Origin: Rhynchopus sp. YZ270_cl-10
Lineage: Eukaryota
Assembly (NCBI GenBank): GCA_964035575.1
Contig: OZ037835.1
Span: 1,116,001 to 1,180,000 of the forward strand
Direction: 5' to 3'
DNA length: 64,000 bases
In this document: in pieces, positions 58,109-64,000 of the stretch
Numbering within the stretch: the first letter of the stretch is position 1
How the letters are laid out: every line of letters begins with the position of its first letter
Position numbers and translations under genes: made by a program
Notes under the pieces: model-generated
What the model was told of the DNA's origin: nothing
Database searches by the model: none
What the model saw: the letters and a program-made list of their open reading frames with translations, nothing else

Positions 58109-58856
58109 TTCCGTTCGGTGCGTTCCGTTCGTTGCGTTCCGTTCGGTGCGTTCCGTTCGTTGCGTTCAGATCGCAACGTACAGATCGGTTCCGTTCGGTG
58201 CGTTCAGATCGTTGCGTTCCGTTCGGTGCGTTCAGATCGTTGCGTTCCGTTCGGAGCGTTCCGTTCGTTGCGTTCAGATCGCAACGTACAGATCGGTTCC
58301 GTTCGGTGCGTTCCGTTCGTTGCGTTCCGTTCGGTGCGTTCCGTTCGTTGCGTTCAGATCGCAACGTACAGATCGGTTCCGTTCGGTGCGTTCAGATCGT
58401 TGCGTTCCGTTCGGTGCGTTCAGATCGTTGCGTTCCGTTCGGAGCGTTCCGTTCGTTGCGTTCCGTTCGGTGCGTTCCGTTCGTTGCGTTCAGATCGCAA
58501 CGTACAGATCGGTTCCGTTCGGTGCGTTCAGATCGTTGCGTTCCGTTCGGTGCGTTCCGTTCGTTGCGTTCAGATCGCAACGTACAGATCGGTTCCGTTC
58601 GGTGCGTTCAGATCGTTGCGTTCCGTTCGGTGCGTTCCGTTCGTTGCGTTCCGTTCGGTGCGTTCCGTTCGTTGCGTTCAGATCGCAACGTACAGATCGG
58701 TTCCGTTCGGTGCGTTCAGATCGTTGCGTTCCGTTCGGTGCGTTCCGTTCGTTGCGTTCAGATCGCAACGTACAGATCGGTTCCGTTCCGTTCGTTCCGT
58801 TCGGTTCGTTCCGTTCGGTGCGTTCCGTTCGTTGCGTTCAGATCGCAACGTACAGA

Positions 58857-59969
58857 TTAGTTTTTTTTGGCAATCCTTAACACTCACTGGCTGGTGTGGT
58901 TGATAAACGCAACCGAACACAACGAAACGGATCCGCTCTATACGTTACGATCCGTATGCAACCAACGCATGCAACGCAACGCAACCGATGTGTACGTTAC
59001 GATCTGTATGCAACGAACGCAACGCATGCAACGCAACGCAACCGATGTGTACGTAACGATCAGAACGCAACGAACGTAACGCATCCAACGCAACGCATGC
59101 AACGCAACGCAACCGATGCGTACGTAGCGATCTGTATGCAACGAACGCAACGCATGCAACGCAACGCAACCGATGTGTACGTAACGATCAGAACGCAACG
59201 AACGTAACGCATCCAACGCAACGCATGCAACGCAACGCAACCGATGCGTACGTAGCGATCTGTATGCAACGAACGCAACGCATCCAACGCAACGCATGCA
59301 ACGCAACGCAACCGATGTGTACGTAGCGATCTGTATGCAACGAACGCAACGTAACGGATGCAACGCATGCAACGCAACGCAACCGATGTGTACGTAGCGA
59401 TCGGAACGCAACGAACGTAACCAACCAAACACAACCAACGCAACGCAACCGCTCCGTACGTTGCGCTCTGTACGTAACGATAGCTACACAACGAACGCAA
59501 CGCATGCAACACAACGTAACCGGCGTGTACGTAGCGATGTCTACGCAACGAAGTCAACGCAACCAACGCAACGAGTGGTTACAAACCCCCACGCATGGTT
59601 CTCACACCGCTCTGGCACGTTTCCCAAGCCGCAAACCCGGTTACCTGCCTGAAAAACCGGGTTTTTGGCCAAAACGCCTGTTTTGCCTGTAGAACCCTGT
59701 AGAACCCTTAAGAAACACGTGTAAAAAAGGGGTACTCGCGACACCCTGGTTTCAGGGTCTGTCAGGGTTTGGAGGTCTTTGCTTCAGAGAAAGTCTCCTA
59801 AAAACCTCCTATCTTCCCAAGAATCCACTTTTTTGACCTCTTTGGACGTTTAGAGACCTGAAAAAAAATGGCCGAAACCCACCCCTGGGGGTGGGGAGGG
59901 TGGGTGGGTGGGTGGGTGGGTGGGAGGTGATCAGCAACCTTAAAGACCTTAACACCGAGTGTTAAGGAA
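58857..59969 (-). mobile_element. Family A element with expanded central repeats
   Basis: Same termini; empty site CAGA|TTGGTTCC occurs elsewhere in the minisatellite. Confidence 0.85.
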
Positions 59970-62290
59970 TTGGTTCCGTTCGGTGCGTTCCGTTCGTTGC
60001 GTTCAGATCGCAACGTACAGATCGGTTCCGTTCGGTGCGTTCAGATCGTTGCGTTCCGTTCGGTGCGTTCAGATCGTTGCGTTCCGTTCGGTGCGTTCCG
60101 TTCGTTGCGTTCAGATCGCAACGTACAGATCGGTTCCGTTCCGTTCGTTCCGTTCGGTTCGTTCCGTTCGTTGCGTTCCGTTCGTTGCGTTCAGATCGCA
60201 ACGTACAGATCGGTTCCGTTCGGTGCGTTCCGTTCGTTGCGTTCAGATCGCAACGTACAGATTGGTTCCGTTCGGTTCGTTCCGTTCGTTGCGTTCCGTT
60301 CGGTGCGTTCCGTTCGTTGCGTTCAGATCGTTGCGTTCCGTTCGGTGCGTTCCGTTCGTTGCGTTCCGTTCGGTGCGTTCAGATCGTTGCGTTCCGTTCG
60401 GTGCGTTCCGTTCGTTGCGTTCAGATCGCAACGTACAGATCGGTTCCGTTCGGTGCGTTCAGATCGTTGCGTTCCGTTCGGTGCGTTCAGATCGTTGCGT
60501 TCCGTTCGGAGCGTTCCGTTCGTTGCGTTCAGATCGCAACGTACAGATCGGTTCCGTTCCGTTCGTTCCGTTCGGTTCGTTCCGTTCGTTGCGTTCCGTT
60601 CGTTGCGTTCAGATCGCAACGTACAGATCGGTTCCGTTCGGTGCGTTCCGTTCGTTGCGTTCAGATCGCAACGTACAGATTGGTTCCGTTCGGTTCGTTC
60701 CGTTCGTTGCGTTCCGTTCGTTGCGTTCAGATCGCAACGTACAGATCGGTTCCGTTCGGTGCGTTCCGTTCGTTGCGTTCAGATCGCAACGTACAGATCG
60801 GTTCCGTTCGGTGCGTTCAGATCGTTGCGTTCCGTTCGGTGCGTTCAGATCGTTGCGTTCCGTTCGGAGCGTTCCGTTCGTTGCGTTCAGATCGCAACGT
60901 ACAGATCGGTTCCGTTCCGTTCGTTCCGTTCGGTTCGTTCCGTTCGTTGCGTTCCGTTCGTTGCGTTCAGATCGCAACGTACAGATCGGTTCCGTTCGGT
61001 GCGTTCCGTTCGTTGCGTTCAGATCGCAACGTACAGATTGGTTCCGTTCGGTTCGTTCCGTTCGTTGCGTTCAGATCGTTGCGTTCCGTTCGGTGCGTTC
61101 CGTTCGTTGCGTTCCGTTCGGTGCGTTCAGATCGTTGCGTTCCGTTCGGTGCGTTCCGTTCGGTGCGTTCCGTTCGTTGCGTTCCGTTCGGTGCGTTCAG
61201 ATCGTTGCGTTCCGTTCGGTGCGTTCCGTTCGTTGCGTTCGGATCGCAACGTACAGATCGGCACCGTTCTGTTCGTTCCGTTCGTTGCGTTCCGTTCGTT
61301 GCGTTCCGTTCGTTGCGTTCAGATCGCAACGTACAGATCGGTTCCGTTCTGTTCGTTGCGTTCCGTTCGGTGCGTTCCGTTCGTTGCGTTCAGATCGCAA
61401 CGTACAGATCGGTACCGTTCTGTTCGTTCCGTTCGTTGCGTTCAGATCGCAACGTACAGATTGGTTCCGTTCGGTTCGTTCCGTTCGGTGCGTTCCGTTC
61501 GTTGCGTTCCGTTCGTTGCGTTCAGATCGCAACGTACAGATCGGTTCCGTTCGTTGCGTTCCGTTCGTTGCGTTCAGATCGCAACGTACAGATCGGTTCC
61601 GTTCGTTGCGTTCCGTTCGGTGCGTTCAGATCGTTGCGTTCCGTTCGGTGCGTTCCGTTCGTTGCGTTCAGATCGCAACGTACAGATCGGTTCCGTTCGG
61701 TGTGTTCAGATCGTTGCGTTCCGTTCGGTGCGTTCAGATCGCAACGTACAGATCGGTTCCGTTCGGTGCGTTCCGTTCGTTGCGTTCAGATCGCAACGTA
61801 CAGATCGGTTCCGTTCGGTGCGTTCAGATCGTTGCGTTCCGTTCGGTGCGTTCCGTTCGTTGCGTTCCGTTCGGTGCGTTCCGTTCGTTGAGTTCAGATC
61901 GCAACGTACAGATCGGTTCCGTTCGGTGCGTTCAGATCGTTCCGTTCCGTTCGGTGCGTTCAGATCGTTGCGTTCCGTTCGGTGCGTTCCGTTCGTTGCG
62001 TTCCGTTCGGTGCGTTCCGTTCGTTGCGTTCAGATCGCAACGTACAGATCGGTTCCGTTCCGTTCGTTCCGTTCGGTGCGTTCCGTTCGGTGCGTTCAGA
62101 TCGTTGCGTTCCGTTCGGTGCGTTCCGTTCGGTGCGTTCAGATCGCAACGTACAGATCGGTTCCGTTCCGTTCGTTCCGTTCGGTTCGTTCCGTTCGTTG
62201 CGTTCCGTTCGTTGCGTTCAGATCGCAACGTACAGATCGGTTCCGTTCGGTGCGTTCCGTTCGTTGCGTTCAGATCGCAACGTACAGATT
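59970..62290 (+). repeat. CGTT-rich minisatellite block (2.3 kb)
   Basis: Same unit as 34640-36106. Confidence 0.95.
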
Positions 62291-64000
62291 GGTCCTGAGT
62301 ATGACCTTAAACTGCTAAGTCGTGAGCGAATGTATCCTAGTAGGTATGGGGAAAGGGGAAGGAGTTCTTTGACCGCCCGAAGGCTTTGGCTGGGAAGGTA
62401 TGGGGGGACTTCAGAACCTTTCTTGACCGCCCGTGGATGCATTCTCAAGGATTGGACATGGACACCCCTCCGTAGCGCAACGTCCCGCTGACTTAGGGTG
62501 AGGCAATGTATTGTGGCCCCAAAGTCAGTGCAAAAAGACCCTAGGCTCACCTTTGGAAACTGCATGTGTCTACCTGGTGCATGTGGACAAACTTCTGGAG
62601 ACGGGCAGGTTGACGGCGACTACTACGGTAGATCTTTCCAGAAACCGTTGATGCGGCCACCCGGACATGATGACACACAACACACGTTTACTTTCTCTTT
62701 GGGTCATAAGGTACGCCCTTCTCTGACCACGACATGAAACACAAAGCCAAAACAATTGATCACCGGAAAGGGGTTTATACACATTACACAACACCACGTG
62801 CCACCCTGTTTTTACTTATTTACTTTTTACCACCTCACCCCTTTTATACCTACCGCAGTCGCCTCCCCGTGGCAACCCTGGACGGTCAAGAAGAGTGACC
62901 GACTAAGAACTGCGATCAGGAGAAACAGGGTCTTCTAACATTACTTTATTTTTATTTTTATTTTTATTTTTATTTTAAGTGTAATACCTATTATACTTTT
63001 GCCTGCTATTCGCTTTTGACCTGGTAAGTCTGCTTTTGTTTCCTTTCCCCCCTTCAACAACCTCCGCACGCCCACCTACCCTTTGCTAATCCCACCCCCC
63101 ACAACATGACCTCACCGGATCACGCCATGGACGTAGATGCAGAGACGCAGCCGGCACCCTCCCTCACGCTCCGGAACCCGGCGGCAACGCCAGCAGCCGC
63201 GGCACGGCTAGCGGAAGCAGAAGGCTTCCTGCTGGAAGTGTCGCGGTCGGCGCATGACGCGCACGAGTGGGAGAAGAACGCAGACGAGAAGGCGAGGCAA
63301 GTCCTCTCGCAACACCGTATGTCAGTCTCCCCCCTCACCCTCAAAAGAAGAGAACCCTCCTCTCAACATATTTTTAAATTTTATTTTGAGGGAATCCCAT
63401 CCCCCGAAGCCCCCATACTATCTTTCTCCGGTGTGAACGGGGTGTTCATACGCCCCGCCCGCACCAACTCAAATGACGGACTTACGTCGGTCATTTGGCC
63501 AGAAGCGTCCTACGACGAAACGCTGGAGCACTCGGAAAGAGTACAGGGGAGGGTGGTAATGGGTAGATTAGGGGATTTCGGGATCGTTGTCCCAAAAAAG
63601 GACGAAGTGAAGGCATGGGAAACAGTGGGAAAGGCGGAAAGGGCAGGGGAGGCAAGCTACAGGCTCACCGGCTTACCCACCACGTGCACACCCGAGGACC
63701 TAGTGTCGGCAATTTCCCAAACGGGACGCCACATCAGAGGGAGAAGCACTCGCAGGGAAACAGCACCCGGGGGCACACACACACACACACTCCTGGTCGC
63801 AATGCATGCACAACCACCACCCCCACCCTCCTTCACATTTGGGGAGCATGTGATCGTCTGCACACCAGCGATCCATGCAAAATTCCCCCCACACAAAAAA
63901 AACACGACCTCACAGACACAAAAAGGAGGAAAGGGGAGGGGGAGAGGAAAGGGCTACCAAAGCCCAGGAGCAAAGGGTCAGGGCGGGGGCAGGGGAGGAG
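62291..64000 (+). mobile_element. Third LINE copy, 5' end (ribozyme fold 62770-62914; ORF1 from 63106, runs off the window)
   Basis: Appears identical to 36107-37804 except for a 12-nt longer TTTTTA repeat. Confidence 0.93.

Noticed and set aside
59959..62318. Long R/S/V-rich ORFs here and at 29.5-30.8, 34.5-36.1, 58.0-59.6 and 13.7-14.4 kb
   Set aside because: Open in several frames because the minisatellite units lack stop codons.

Overview
This is repeat-dense eukaryotic nuclear DNA, almost entirely nested mobile elements. A euglenozoan, possibly diplonemid, host is inferred from the Ingi/L1Tc-like 2A LINE, an ingi-signature-like short retroposon, a VIPER/TATE-like tyrosine-recombinase relic, a GT-AG intron and a trans-splice-like acceptor. 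Host-like genes: (i) a tandem family of ubiquitin-like + LRR + NLS genes (one intact, one interrupted, one or two relics); (ii) a two-exon PD-(D/E)xK nuclease-like gene with a mitochondrial-type presequence and a 2.9-kb MITE-filled intron. The dominant element is a ~9.2-kb two-ORF LINE (ORF1; polyQ-2A-APE-RT-RNaseH-CCHC ORF2; ~2.5-kb 3'UTR; 12-bp TSD). It is present as one full-length nested copy (36107-57768), one 5'-truncated copy with the enzymatic part of ORF2 intact, one copy running off the window, and several 3' stubs. Top observation: a canonical HDV-like ribozyme fold sits about 480 nt inside the LINE 5'UTR. A separate genomic insert (35397-35493) joins the predicted cleavage site to the element's first nucleotides, which suggests a released leader RNA that is circularised or used for template jumping. 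Also present are TSD-less A|T-inserting hairpin elements carrying AACG minisatellites, homopolymer-targeting foldbacks, and a MITE found only at the CCTAGG junctions of those foldbacks. All calls were made by eye; no searches were run.
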